Below are positions 11,906 to 38,330 of a stretch of DNA of 38,337 nt, one piece after another. This stretch comes from Eledone cirrhosa. Lineage: Eukaryota. The DNA lies in NCBI GenBank assembly GCA_964016885.1, contig CAXHJY010001734.1:1-38337 (forward strand). The letters are read 5' to 3'. Below the pieces are notes generated by a model that saw only the letters and a program-made list of their open reading frames with translations, was not told the origin of the DNA and ran no database searches. Within the stretch, counting starts at the first letter, position 1. Each line of letters begins with the position of its first letter. Both the position numbers and the translations under genes were made by a program.

Positions 11906-12072
11906 TAACGAATGAAGTGTGATAACGCACCAAAGTACTCAATACTTAGAGTAGTAGGGTGGGTAATAGAAAAAAATTTAACCCCGACGGCAGAGCTCAA
12001 GCCGTTTCGACGGCTATTTCTGGAAATAGCCGTCGAAACGGCTTGAGCTCTACCGTCAGGGTTAAACTTTTT

Positions 12073-12077
<5 letters not shown>
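11906..12077. mobile_element. Short fold-back element, copy 2 (inverted relative to copy 1)
   Basis: Tail in reverse complement at 11906-11965; hairpin arms at 11966-12020 / 12023-12077. Confidence 0.7.
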
Positions 12078-12119
<42 letters not shown>

Positions 12120-12282
12120 GTTTTCTGGAGGAGAGCAACAGTTAAATGTGGTACTCAATTCAATATATTAAGTAACGAAAGTATACGTTATATTTCAGAG
12201 AAAACGAATGAAACAGTTCTAGTCATGAAAATAATTTCTATCTGAAATAAAGCACGCACATGTATATAAATATATATATATA

Positions 12283-12370
12283 TTCCTTTTACCCACTCTA
12301 CTACCCTAAGTGTTGAGTACACTGATGCGTTATGGTCCATCTGGTTGCTTACAGCACCTACTTCGTTATA
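12283..12370. mobile_element. Short fold-back element, tail-only copy 3
   Basis: ACCCACTCTACTACCCTAAGTGTTGAGTACACTGATGCGTTATGGTCCATCTGGTT..CTTCGTTA matches 9881-9958; the hairpin is missing. Confidence 0.7.
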
Positions 12371-12930
12371 TATATATGAAGGTGTGTAGAGGGAGAGTAA
12401 TATATACAGAAATGACACCTTGTATTTTACCTGTATATATATATATATATACATTTTTTAGGCCCATATTAACCATTAAGGAAAATAAGCGCAGTAGTGG
12501 ACAGTTTTGTCTAATTTATTAAGATCCAGTTGAGCAAGGGCCCGACAAAAGTGCAATTTTTTTAGACTTTTTTCTCTTAGCTTTAAATTAAAAAATTATA
12601 TATTACTAATTGTCATATAATGTTTCAAAACTCATTCAAGGGAAACTTAGACACACCTTGCGCGTGTTTTCTCCTATTTCTTCTCTTTACAACACACACA
12701 CTCGCACACATTTCTTTTACGTGTTTAAATAAATAGACAACGCCATGATCGTAAGTCCTACACCCTTACAACTAAGCTACGTGCCTCCACATATATGTAT
12801 GTACATATATATATGTATATACATACATATATATATGTGTATATACATACATATATATATGTGTATATATAGGGCGGGTAAAATTCCAAGATATGTGTAT
12901 ATGTACATATATGTATATATATGTATATAT

Positions 12931-13262
12931 CATCATCATCATCATCGTTTTACGTCCGTTCTTCACGCTAGCATGGGTTAGACGGGTTGTCCTGTTGTGG
13001 GCATTGTCCTGTCGGCTGACCTTGTCTTGCTCATACAGGAACTGGTTCTGGCTTGATTTCTACAGCTGGATGCCCTTCCTAACACCAACCTCATTTACAG
13101 TGAGTGCTGGGTGCTTTTTTTTCTGTGGCATCTACACGCCCACTTTACAGTGTGGGGTGGGTGCTTTTTTGCGGTGGCACCTCCACGACCACTTTGCAGT
13201 GGGAGGGGGTGGGGCATATTGTTTATATGCTTCAGCTTCGGCTTGTACCCGTGGGCGCCTGG
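12931..13262 (-). mobile_element. SINE-like element with (GAT)n tail (Octopus-type)
   Basis: The minus strand has GGTTGGTGTTAGGAAGGGCATCCAGCTGTAGAAA and ends CCGTCTAACCCATGCTAGCGTGAAGAACGGACGTAAAACGATGATGATG, with degenerate ~50-bp subrepeats at ~13095-13200. Family recognised from memory; the 5' boundary is uncertain. Confidence 0.6.
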
Positions 13263-13274
13263 TATTCTATATTA

Positions 13275-13617
13275 ATATATATATATATATATAAGTATAT
13301 ATATATATGTGTATATATGTGTATATGTATATATATGTATGTGTATATCTATATGTGTATGTGTGTATATATATATATATGTATGTGTATATCTATGTGT
13401 ATGTGTGTATATATATATATATGTATATATATATATGTATATATATATATATGTATATATATATGTATATATATATGTATATATATATATGTATATATAT
13501 ATATATGTATATATATATGTATATGTATATATGTATATATATATATGTATATATATATATGTATATATATGTATATATATGTATATATATATATGTATAT
13601 ATGTATATGTATATATG

Positions 13618-13652
<35 letters not shown>

Positions 13653-13801
13653 GTATATATATATATGTATATATATATATATGTATATATATATATGTAT
13701 ATATATATATATGTATATATATATATGTATATGTATATATGTATATATGTATATTTATATATGTATATATATATATGTATATATGTATATATGTATATAT
13801 G

Positions 13802-13833
<32 letters not shown>

Positions 13834-13849
13834 TGTATATGTATATATG

Positions 13850-13912
<63 letters not shown>

Positions 13913-13977
13913 GTATATATATATATGTATATATATATATGTATATATATATATGTATATATGTATATGTATATATG

Positions 13978-14024
<47 letters not shown>

Positions 14025-14053
14025 GTATATATATATATGTATATATATATATG

Positions 14054-14084
<31 letters not shown>

Positions 14085-14231
14085 GTATATATGTATATAT
14101 ATATATATGTATATATATATATGTATATGTATATATGTATATATATATATATGTATATATGTATATATGTATATATGTATATATATATATATGTATATAT
14201 ATGTATATATATATATATGTATATATATATG

Positions 14232-14266
<35 letters not shown>

Positions 14267-14317
14267 GTATATATATATGTATATATATGTATATATATAT
14301 ATATATGTATATATATG

Positions 14318-14368
<51 letters not shown>

Positions 14369-14381
14369 GTATATATATATG

Positions 14382-14416
<35 letters not shown>

Positions 14417-14459
14417 GTATATATATATGTATATATATATATATATGTATATATATATG

Positions 14460-14494
<35 letters not shown>

Positions 14495-15007
14495 GTATAT
14501 ATATATGTATATATATATATATATGTATATATATATGTATATTATATATATATGTATATATATATGTATATGTATATATATATGTATATATATATGTATA
14601 TGTATATATATATGTGTATATGTATATATATATGTATATATATATGTATATATATATGTATATGTATATATATATGTGTATATGTATATATATATGTGTA
14701 TATGTATATATATATGTATATATGTATGTATATATGTATATATATATGTATATATGTATATATATATGTATATATGTATATATATATGTATATATGTATA
14801 TATATGTATATATGTATATATATGTATATATGTATATATATATGTATATATGTATATATATATATATATGTATATGTATATATGTATATATATATGTATA
14901 TGTATATATATTATATATATATATGTATATGTATATGTATATATATGTATATATATATATATATATGTATATGTATATATGTATATATATATATATGTAT
15001 ATATATG

Positions 15008-15102
<95 letters not shown>

Positions 15103-15115
15103 GTATATATATATG

Positions 15116-15146
<31 letters not shown>

Positions 15147-15157
15147 GTATATATATG

Positions 15158-15188
<31 letters not shown>

Positions 15189-15201
15189 GTATATATATAT
15201 G

Positions 15202-15250
<49 letters not shown>

Positions 15251-15271
15251 ATATATATGTATATATATATG

Positions 15272-15302
<31 letters not shown>

Positions 15303-15657
15303 GTATGTATATATATATGTGTATATATATGTGTATGTATATATATATGTGTATATATATGTATATGTATATATATATGTATATGTATATATATATGTAT
15401 ATGTATATATATATGTATATGTATATGTATATGTATATATATGTATATGTATATATATATGTATATATATATGTATATATGTATATATATATGTATATAT
15501 ATATTTATATATATATGTATATATGTATATATATATGTATATATATATGTATATATATATGTATATATATATGTATATATATATGTATATATATATGTAT
15601 ATATATATGTATATATATATGTATATGTATATGTATATATATATGTATATATATATG

Positions 15658-15690
<33 letters not shown>

Positions 15691-15697
15691 GTATATG

Positions 15698-15764
<67 letters not shown>

Positions 15765-16011
15765 GTATATGTATATATATATATATGTATATATGTATAT
15801 GTATATATGTATATATGTATATATGTATATATGTATATATGTATATATATATATGTATATATATATATGTATATATATATATGTATATATATATATGTAT
15901 ATATATATATGTATAATATATATGTATAATATATGTATATATATATGTATATGTATATATATATGTATATGTATATATATATGTATATATATGTATGTAT
16001 ATATATATATA
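13275..16011. repeat. ~2.7-kb interrupted (TA)n microsatellite, G-interrupted on + strand
   Basis: Direct inspection. Confidence 0.97.
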
Positions 16012-16841
16012 TGGAAAAGAGGATGCTCTGAAACTCCCGTACTCCCTTCCCTCCGGGGAAACTCTCGTGGCATCTAACAACATCAGAGACTTGGGAGTAA
16101 CCGTGGACAGCAACATAAGCTGGACCACGCATATAAGCAGCAAAGTTGACATGGCCCGCAGAATGTGTTCCTGGATCCTCAGAACCTTCCAGTCGAGAGA
16201 TTCCCGCACCATTATCCTTCTCTTCTCTACTTTCGCCCGACCACACCTTGAATACTGTTGTCCACTGTGGTCTCCCCACACGAAACAAAGTATCATGAAA
16301 CTTGAAGCTCCTCAAAGGGCAATCACGAAAAAGATAGATGGCATGTCAGACCTTGACTACTGGGGTCGATTGGAAAACCTGAAACTTTACTCACTCCAAC
16401 GTCGCCGTGAGCGTTATATTATCTGCATGATGTGGAAAATGTTCCATCATCACTGCCCAAATGATGTTGGCATCGCCTTCAAGATACACCCAAGGCTTGG
16501 GCCCCGTGCTATCCGTCCCATTCAAAAATCTAAATCGCAACTCATAACAACAATACGGCACAATTATTTCACCTCAATCGGCCCTGCTCTCTTCAACATC
16601 ACACCAGGACACGTCAAAACAGAAACTGACCACACAAAATTCAAGAAGTCTTTGGACAAATTCCTCCAAGTAATCCCGGACAAACCACCCACACCCGGAT
16701 ATGTCTCCGCAAACTAATTCTCTTCTCGAATGGGCCATGGTGCCCAAATCCTAAATTGAAAGACTTCGCCAGGTGGTGCTATTAAGTTAGACATGGCCTG
16801 GGCCAATACTGGCCAAAACATTTCAAAGTTATTCAAAGTTA
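16012..16841 (+). mobile_element. 5'-truncated CR1-group LINE (3' end of ORF2 + 3' UTR)
   Basis: [22 protein letters not shown] and YSLQRRRERY motifs. Near-identical to 36459-37280 (reverse complement) except a 2-nt deletion near 16715 giving an early stop. Ends in (TTCAAAGTTA)2. Confidence 0.88.
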
Positions 16842-26545
<9,704 letters not shown>

Positions 26546-27738
26546 ATACATGAGGGAGCTTATAGATAGGACAACACACGCTGTCTCTTCGTGGGGTAAG
26601 TTTTTAATTAATTTTTGTATTCTGAAACATCAAAATACAACAATTTGTTGGTTACTGGTCTCGGGAATGTCACGACAGAAGTTTGTGGAAGTTACACAAA
26701 TATTTTAGTATATTTTAGCAGAGCAATCCTTATTTATATTTTACATTTACTTACATCTCAATATAACATGGCTAGAATTCAAATTTTGCTAAGAGAAGAA
26801 AACGGTCAAATGAACTAGATACATCTCACTGTCCACACCACCACAATAACGTCTACACTCTCTCCCCACCATCACATGTCATTACCATACCATACCCTAT
26901 CGAGACTAAAGTCATCGACCTGTTGTCAAACTCTCTACTCTCTGATGAATGTATATATATATATGTGTGTGTATGTATATGTGTGTATATACATCACTCA
27001 GTCAAACAACCAGATTTCAACCCCAACATCTACAACAACAACAACACCGGCCCTAATGTTTACAGCAACAACAGCTTCAGAATGAACTGAAATGAACATT
27101 TACAACAATTACAACAACAACAACAACAGCGGCATCAAAACATAAAAAAAGGAAGGGAAAAGAAAAAAGAAAAGGGAAGGGGAAAAAAAAAAAAAAAAGG
27201 AGAAAAAAAAGAAAGGAAAAAAAAAAAAAAAACTCAAAATAACAAAACACACACACACACACACACACACAACAGAACAACAACATCAACTGCCACCACC
27301 ACCACCACCGCCACCGCCGTCGCCATCACCATCACCAGCGACCTGGCCTTAAGAACAACTTTAATAATAATTTTTCTGCTTTTGGCACGGATCCAGCGAC
27401 TGGCCAGCGCATCACTGGTACTCTCTTTTGTTGACTCCGTGGAGAGCCATAACTCTATGCTGTAAAGCAATTATAGTAATACTGGACTGTAATACGATCG
27501 GCTTCAACTATACAAACTCTTGAAAGTCAACAGTTGACATAATCTGGTAATCTTGTATCAGTAATGACGGTAATATATATATATATATGTGTGTGTGCGT
27601 GTAAGTGAGTAGAGTAGCGTGTGTGTGTGTTTGTTGTGTGTGTGAGTGTTGCTGTGTGCACGCATATGTATGCGTGTGTGTGTATGTCGTACGTATAAGT
27701 GTCAATAAGTAATTTTTTTTTTTTTTTTTTTTTTTTTT

Positions 27739-28041
27739 GCGCGGGGACATAGAAATAATCGGGCTGGATGCCCGATCGCGCAGTTAAACCACTGGGAGTG
27801 AAGAACCCCTAGCCCATGTCAGGGTATTCTTCTAGGAGAAGGCATCTCAGGAAACTGGGTTAACTCCGATATAAAACCTGCGGCTCAGTAGTTACCGATG
27901 ATGTTGATCTTTTCTTCTTTTCGGGTTATAGCTACTGTCGCTCAGAGAGTGGGATTGGTTCAGTGCACAGTCTTTCCTCACTTTAAAAATATTCGTCACG
28001 CACAGGCATTGCACGAGTGCATTAATAATTATTAATAGTGT

Positions 28042-28076
<35 letters not shown>

Positions 28077-31000
28077 TATTATTACTTTTTTTTTTTTTTT
28101 TTTTTTTTTTTCCCCAATTCAATGATGTTCCAGAACAATGTAAACGAGATAATTGCCAATTTGGGTTCTGGAACAAAAGAGATCATTGGCAATAAGGGCA
28201 GGGGCCCCAAGTTATCACAACCTGGGCCCGCCCGTCATCGTGCCATTGTAATAGAGCCAAACAGGGCATTTAGTCTTGGCTGCTGGAACGTACGGACGCT
28301 GCTTGACAGGGATTCTTTGGAGCGTCCTGAACGAAGGACCGCTCTTGTTGCGAGGGAGCTTCGACGTTACGATCTTGACATCGTGGCTTTGTCTGAGACG
28401 AGGTTAGCTGGAGATGGTCATCTTACGGAATTTTGTGGAGAATATACATTCTTCTGGAAAGGAAGAGATGAAGGAACCAGAAGAGAGGCTGGGGTAGGAT
28501 TTGCTGTTAAGACTGTACTGGTGAATAAATTGGAAGAATTCCCAGTGGGGATTAGTGAGCGTCTTATGTCCATGAGAGTTCCGCTGGACAAGGGAAGATA
28601 TGCTACCCTGGTGAGTGTGTATGCTCCAACTATGAATTCTGTCGATGAAGAAAAACTGTCCTTTTACCATGCCTTGAAAGGTGTTTTAAGAAATATCCCT
28701 CAGGCAGACAAAGTCATCGTGCTTGGTGACTTTAATGCTAGAGTGGGTAGGGATTTTAACACATGGAATGTAATCGGAAGGCATGGGGTGGGAAAGTGTA
28801 ACAGCAATGGTATGCTCTTGCTGCAGATGTGTGAGGAGCTGGATCTGTGTGTTACCAACACCATGTTCCAACAAAAGAACAAATTCAAGACCACATGGAT
28901 GCATCCTGCATCTAAGGAATGGCATCTTTTGGACTACGTCCTAGTCAGGATGCGTGACAGACAGGATGTGCGGTGTGTTCGTGTTCTTCGTGGAGCTGAG
29001 TGCTGGACGGACCACCGCCTGGTACGCGCAAAAGTGAATCTAATCACCAAACGTAAAATCCGGGCTCCTGGTGTTACCCTGCCCAAAAGATTGAATGCTG
29101 CTCGTCTTAAGGATAAAAATGTGAAGAGGACATTGGAAGAAGAGATGCAGGCTGCAGATCTTGGTGAGGATTGGCCGACCCTTAAAAAGTCGGTTTATGA
29201 TGTAGGCAGACGTGTTCTGGGATTGGTGCAGAGAAAACATCAGGACTGGTTTGATGAGAAAGATGTGCATATAGATGACTTGTTGGCTGATAAGAGGCGC
29301 GCTCTGTCACGCTACTTGACGGCAAGACCACAGGAGAGGAATACGTTGCATGAGGAGCTCAGGGATGTAAAATCACGTGTTAGGCGGAGTCTTTCTCAGA
29401 TGAAGGATCAGTGGTGGAGTGAGAAGGCTGGTGAGATACAAACTGCGTCTGATTGCAATAACACAAAGCTGTTGTACAGTCTCTTGCGTGAGGTTTATGG
29501 ACCGTCTTCTTCTCTGGTGACACCGATTCGCAGCAGGGATGGCAAAGAACTTCTTCGTGACTCACAGGGAATTCTACGAAGGTGGCGGGAGCACTTTGAT
29601 GATCTTTTGAATCAGCCGTCTGTCGTCAGTGAAGATTTCCTCAATCTCATTCCGGAAAGTCCTGTGAAAGTAGCTCTCGCAGAGCCTCCGACACTTGTGG
29701 AGGTTGCAGTGGCTATTTCGAAGCTGAACAGTGGAAGATCTCCAGGTATGGATGGCATGCATGCTGAGCTCCTACAATATGGTGGTGAGAGACTCCTGCA
29801 ACATCTTCACTCTCTGTTTGGAAGGATATGGGCTAATGAATCCGTGCCTGAGGACTGGAGAGATGCAGTAATGGTGGTCTTGTACAAGGGAAAGGGTAAC
29901 AGGAATGATTGTGGGAACTACAGAGGTATATCATTGCTTTCTGTCGTGGGGAAAGTTTTATGTAGGGTGCTTCTGGACCGTCTGCTGACACACATTGCAG
30001 ATTGTGTCCTTCCTGAAAGTCAATCTGGTTTTCGTGTTGGACGCGGCACTACTGATATGATCTTCTCAGCTAGACAGCTCCAGGAGAAGTGCATTGAACA
30101 GGGCTTGGATCTGTATCAGGTTTTTGTCGATCTGACAAAGGCTTTCGATACTGTCAACAGAGATGCATTATGGAAGGTTCTCCAGAAACTTGGTTGCCCT
30201 GATAAGTTCCTTGCTTTAGTTAGGTCTTTCCATGACGACATGAAGGCTTGGGTTAATGTCGGAGGTAACATGTCGGAGCCTATCTCAGTAAAAAATGGAG
30301 TGAAACAGGGGGATATTCCAGCACCGACCCTGTTTGCCATATACTTTGCAATGGTTTTCTGTATTGCATTCAGGAATTGCGAGCATGGTGTTTACATCCG
30401 ATATCGAACCTCAGGCAGCATATTTAACATCAGGCGCTTTGCTGCGAAGACAAAAGTATTTACATCAGTCATAAGAGACCTCTTGTATGCAGATGATTGC
30501 GATCTTGTAGCGCACACAGAGAGTGATATGCAGCACATTTTGAATGTATTTTCTGACGCTTGCACTGCCCTGGGTTTGACTGTCAGTCTCAAGAAAACCG
30601 TCGTCATGTACCAACCTGCACCTGGTAGGCAGTACACTGAACCAAACATCTATGTGTATGGCAAACGACTTGGAGTGGTTGATCAGTTTGTCTACCTGGG
30701 AAGCACTGTCAATCGATACGGCAACCTTGACAGTGAAATCTCACTTAGGATTAGGAAAGCAAGTGATGCTTTCGGAAAGCTAGAAAGGCGACTCTGGGGT
30801 CGGCGAGACATATGCAGGAGGACAAAGGTAAAGGTGTACAGGGCATGTGTACTCTCTTGTCTTCTTTATGCCTGCGAGACCTGGGTCACATATCGACGCC
30901 ACCTTAAGCAATTGGAGCGTTTCCATCAGATGTGTCTCAGACGGATACATGGCGTTCGCTGGAGGGACCACATCAGTGATGTCGAGATTTTGGAAAGCTC

Positions 31001-31675
31001 TGTGTGTGACGGTATAGAAGCTCTTGTGCTTAAGCAGCGACTCCGTTGGAGTGGTCACCTTGCCAGGATGAAGGATTCTAGAATACCAAAACAACTCTTC
31101 TATGGAGAGTTGGTTAAAGGAAAACGACCGCCACATAAACCAAAAAAGAGGTATAAGGATTCCTTGAAGGCCTCTCTGAAAGACGCTAACATCTCTGCTG
31201 ATACATGGGAAAATATTGCTGCTGATCGTAATAAATGGAGAAAGACTGTATATGAGGGAAAAGTTGCCTTTGAGGCATCTCGAATCGCACACGAGAAAGT
31301 AAAGCGGGACGTGAGGAAGGGTATTGCTGTTGCACTTCCAGACGGCGAGGGTCCTCCTATGTTTCTGACATGCAGCGTCTGTGCGAGACTCTGCCTAAGC
31401 AAAGCTGGACTCGAAAGTCATCTTCGCAGTCATAAAGTAAGACCAGTGGTTGACTACCAGGCTGCTGTTGGAGATGCTACTCATCATGCTTGCCAAACAT
31501 GTGGTAGAGAATGTAAATCAGCAGGAGGACTCAAGCGACATGCAAAAGTACACGAACTCCAACCACAGCCGACTATTCCCAGTAAATGTTTTGGTTGCCG
31601 ACTCTGTGCAAGACATTTTGGATCATTGGCTGGGCTAAAAAGCCACATTCGATCGCAGCACTGTTAGTTGCTATC

Positions 31676-31713
<38 letters not shown>

Positions 31714-31792
31714 GCTTATGTGCGTGCGTGTGTGTGTATATATATATGAATATGTATATTATTATTGTTGTTGTCGTTATTATTATTATTGC

Positions 31793-31850
<58 letters not shown>

Positions 31851-31866
31851 TTTTTTTTATTTTATT

Positions 31867-31907
<41 letters not shown>

Positions 31908-31947
31908 TGTGCAATGGCCATACTCGATAACGAGGGGGCAGCCATCA
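27739..31947 (+). mobile_element. Apparently full-length RTE-clade LINE
   Basis: Structured 5' UTR, single APE-RT ORF, microsatellite-rich 3' UTR, and a 3' stem-loop CTCG-ATAA-CGAG followed by (TA)n. The 5' boundary is approximate and no TSD is discernible. Confidence 0.88.
28122..31667 (+). CDS. RTE LINE polyprotein: AP endonuclease + reverse transcriptase + three C-terminal C2H2 zinc fingers
   Basis: 1181-aa uninterrupted ORF. APE motifs: WNVRTL, LSETRL, VYAPT, LGDFNARVG, LLDYV, TDHRLV. RT motifs: NYRGISLLS, PESQSGFR, VDLTKAFD, GVKQG, LLYADD. Fingers: CSVC..HLRSH, CQTC..HAKVH, CRLC..HIRSQH. Confidence 0.95.
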   Translation: MMFQNNVNEIIANLGSGTKEIIGNKGRGPKLSQPGPARHRAIVIEPNRAFSLGCWNVRTLLDRDSLERPERRTALVARELRRYDLDIVALSETRLAGDGHLTEFCGEYTFFWKGRDEGTRREAGVGFAVKTVLVNKLEEFPVGISERLMSMRVPLDKGRYATLVSVYAPTMNSVDEEKLSFYHALKGVLRNIPQADKVIVLGDFNARVGRDFNTWNVIGRHGVGKCNSNGMLLLQMCEELDLCVTNTMFQQKNKFKTTWMHPASKEWHLLDYVLVRMRDRQDVRCVRVLRGAECWTDHRLVRAKVNLITKRKIRAPGVTLPKRLNAARLKDKNVKRTLEEEMQAADLGEDWPTLKKSVYDVGRRVLGLVQRKHQDWFDEKDVHIDDLLADKRRALSRYLTARPQERNTLHEELRDVKSRVRRSLSQMKDQWWSEKAGEIQTASDCNNTKLLYSLLREVYGPSSSLVTPIRSRDGKELLRDSQGILRRWREHFDDLLNQPSVVSEDFLNLIPESPVKVALAEPPTLVEVAVAISKLNSGRSPGMDGMHAELLQYGGERLLQHLHSLFGRIWANESVPEDWRDAVMVVLYKGKGNRNDCGNYRGISLLSVVGKVLCRVLLDRLLTHIADCVLPESQSGFRVGRGTTDMIFSARQLQEKCIEQGLDLYQVFVDLTKAFDTVNRDALWKVLQKLGCPDKFLALVRSFHDDMKAWVNVGGNMSEPISVKNGVKQGDIPAPTLFAIYFAMVFCIAFRNCEHGVYIRYRTSGSIFNIRRFAAKTKVFTSVIRDLLYADDCDLVAHTESDMQHILNVFSDACTALGLTVSLKKTVVMYQPAPGRQYTEPNIYVYGKRLGVVDQFVYLGSTVNRYGNLDSEISLRIRKASDAFGKLERRLWGRRDICRRTKVKVYRACVLSCLLYACETWVTYRRHLKQLERFHQMCLRRIHGVRWRDHISDVEILESSVCDGIEALVLKQRLRWSGHLARMKDSRIPKQLFYGELVKGKRPPHKPKKRYKDSLKASLKDANISADTWENIAADRNKWRKTVYEGKVAFEASRIAHEKVKRDVRKGIAVALPDGEGPPMFLTCSVCARLCLSKAGLESHLRSHKVRPVVDYQAAVGDATHHACQTCGRECKSAGGLKRHAKVHELQPQPTIPSKCFGCRLCARHFGSLAGLKSHIRSQHC

Positions 31948-36458
<4,511 letters not shown>

Positions 36459-36535
36459 TAACTTTGAAATGTTTTGGCCAGTATTGGCCCAGGCCATGTC
36501 TAACTTAATAGCACCACCTGGCGAAGTCTTTCAAT

Positions 36536-38330
36536 TCAGGATTTGGGCACCATGGCCCATTCGAGAAGAGAATTACTGTTTGCGGAGACATATCCGGGTG
36601 TGGGTGGTTTGTCCGGGATTACTTGGAGGAATTTGTCCAAAGACTTCTTGAATTTTGTGTGGTCAGTTTCTGTTTTGACGTGTCCTGGTGTGATGTTGAA
36701 GAGAGCAGGGCCGATTGAGGTGAAATAATTGTGCCGTATTGTTGTTATGAGTTGCGATTTAGATTTTTGAATGGGACGGATAGCACGGGGCCCAAGCCTT
36801 GGGTGTATCTTGAAGGCGATGCCAACATCATTTGGGCAGTGATGATGGAACATTTTCCACATCATGCAGATAATATAACGCTCACGGCGACGTTGGAGTG
36901 AGTAAAGTTTCAGGTTTTCCAATCGACCCCAGTAGTCAAGGTCTGACATGCCATCTATCTTTTTCGTGATTGCCCTTTGAGGAGCTTCAAGTTTCATGAT
37001 ACTTTGTTTCGTGTGGGGAGACCACAGTGGACAACAGTATTCAAGGTGTGGTCGGGCGAAAGTAGAGAAGAGAAGGATAATGGTGCGGGAATCTCTCGAC
37101 TGGAAGGTTCTGAGGATCCAGGAACACATTCTGCGGGCCATGTCAACTTTGCTGCTTATATGCGTGGTCCAGCTTATGTTGCTGTCCACGGTTACTCCCA
37201 AGTCTCTGATGTTGTTAGATGCCACGAGAGTTTCCCCGGAGGGAAGGGAGTACGGGAGTTTCAGAGCATCCTCTTTTCCAAAGTGGATCAGTTCGAATTT
37301 GTCTTCGTTCAGTAACATGTTGTTCTTCTCTGCCCATTGGGTAACAGCCAGTAGGTCTGACTGAAGGCTTATCCGGTCATCCACGCCATTGATGACATTT
37401 GGGTTGGAGATGTCCTTAAGATGATGAGAGAGGGGTCCAACACAGTGATGTGGATCTACCTTGATTTGGCTGCTAGGCCTTTGACAGGTTGATCATAACA
37501 TTCTACTGAGAAAGCTGTCCAATATTGGTGTCACTGGAAAGCTGCTGCAGTGGATCAAGAGCTTCCTGTCAAACAGAACCGAAGCTCTTGATCCACTGCA
37601 GCAGCTTTCCAGTGACACCAATATTGGACAGCTTTCTCAGTAGAATGTTATGATCAACCCTGTCAAAGGCCTTGCTGAAATCAAGGTAGATAACATCAGT
37701 GTTGGAACCCTCTCCCAAGGCTCTCAAAATGTCATCAAAGTGATGCAGTAGTTGCGTCAGGCAATCCCTTCCATTACGGAATCCATGCTGGTTGGAGTTC
37801 AGCATATTGTTACTCTCAAGGAAGTGGGTCATTCGCGATCTCACCACTCGCTCAAATACCTTAATGATATGAGAGGTGAGTGAGATTGGACGGTAATTCA
37901 CGGCAAGGGATTTGTTTCCCTTTTTGAAAACTGGGACAACAGACTGGGATAGAAGGTTTTCTGGCACATATCCAGCATCCAGTGAGTTCCGCCACAGATT
38001 GGCAAGAGGAGAAGCAAGTTGGTGTTGACACGCCTTCAAGACACAAGCAGGGAACCTATCGGGACCTACTGCTGAATTATGCTTGATTTCCTTTATTGCC
38101 GCCAAGACATCAGGGGCGCCAAACGTTATGTCCGATAAGGTGTAATGGGGAGTAACATCGCCGATACAGCCCAGATCGGCCATATCAGGATTGCTGAAAA
38201 CAGAGCAGTATTGTTTCTGCAGTATCTCACCCATGGTTTTAGCATTGTCTTGAAGAGTGCCATTTTCATCAATTAGAGGGCCAACAGTAGAGCCAGTGAT
38301 TTTGTGTTTTTTTGCAAATGAAAAGAACAC
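36536..38330 (-). pseudogene. Split CR1-type ORF2 (RT) lacking the PQG and (F/Y)ADD motifs
   Basis: Two ORF pieces (253 and 282 aa). The segment expected between WIKSF and DDRISLQSDL is absent. Confidence 0.8.
37487..37659. repeat. 79-bp perfect inverted repeat with 15-nt spacer
   Basis: 37487-37565 is the reverse complement of 37581-37659; imperfect pairing extends out to 37389 / 37738. Confidence 0.92.

Noticed and set aside
27234-27750. Short minus-strand ORFs in a GC-richer patch
   Set aside because: Largely built from (CAC)n, (CA)n and poly-T runs; no motif or splice support.
28404-31638. Small antisense and alternate-frame ORFs within the RTE (and similar ones in the CR1 copies)
   Set aside because: Shadows of the main coding frame.
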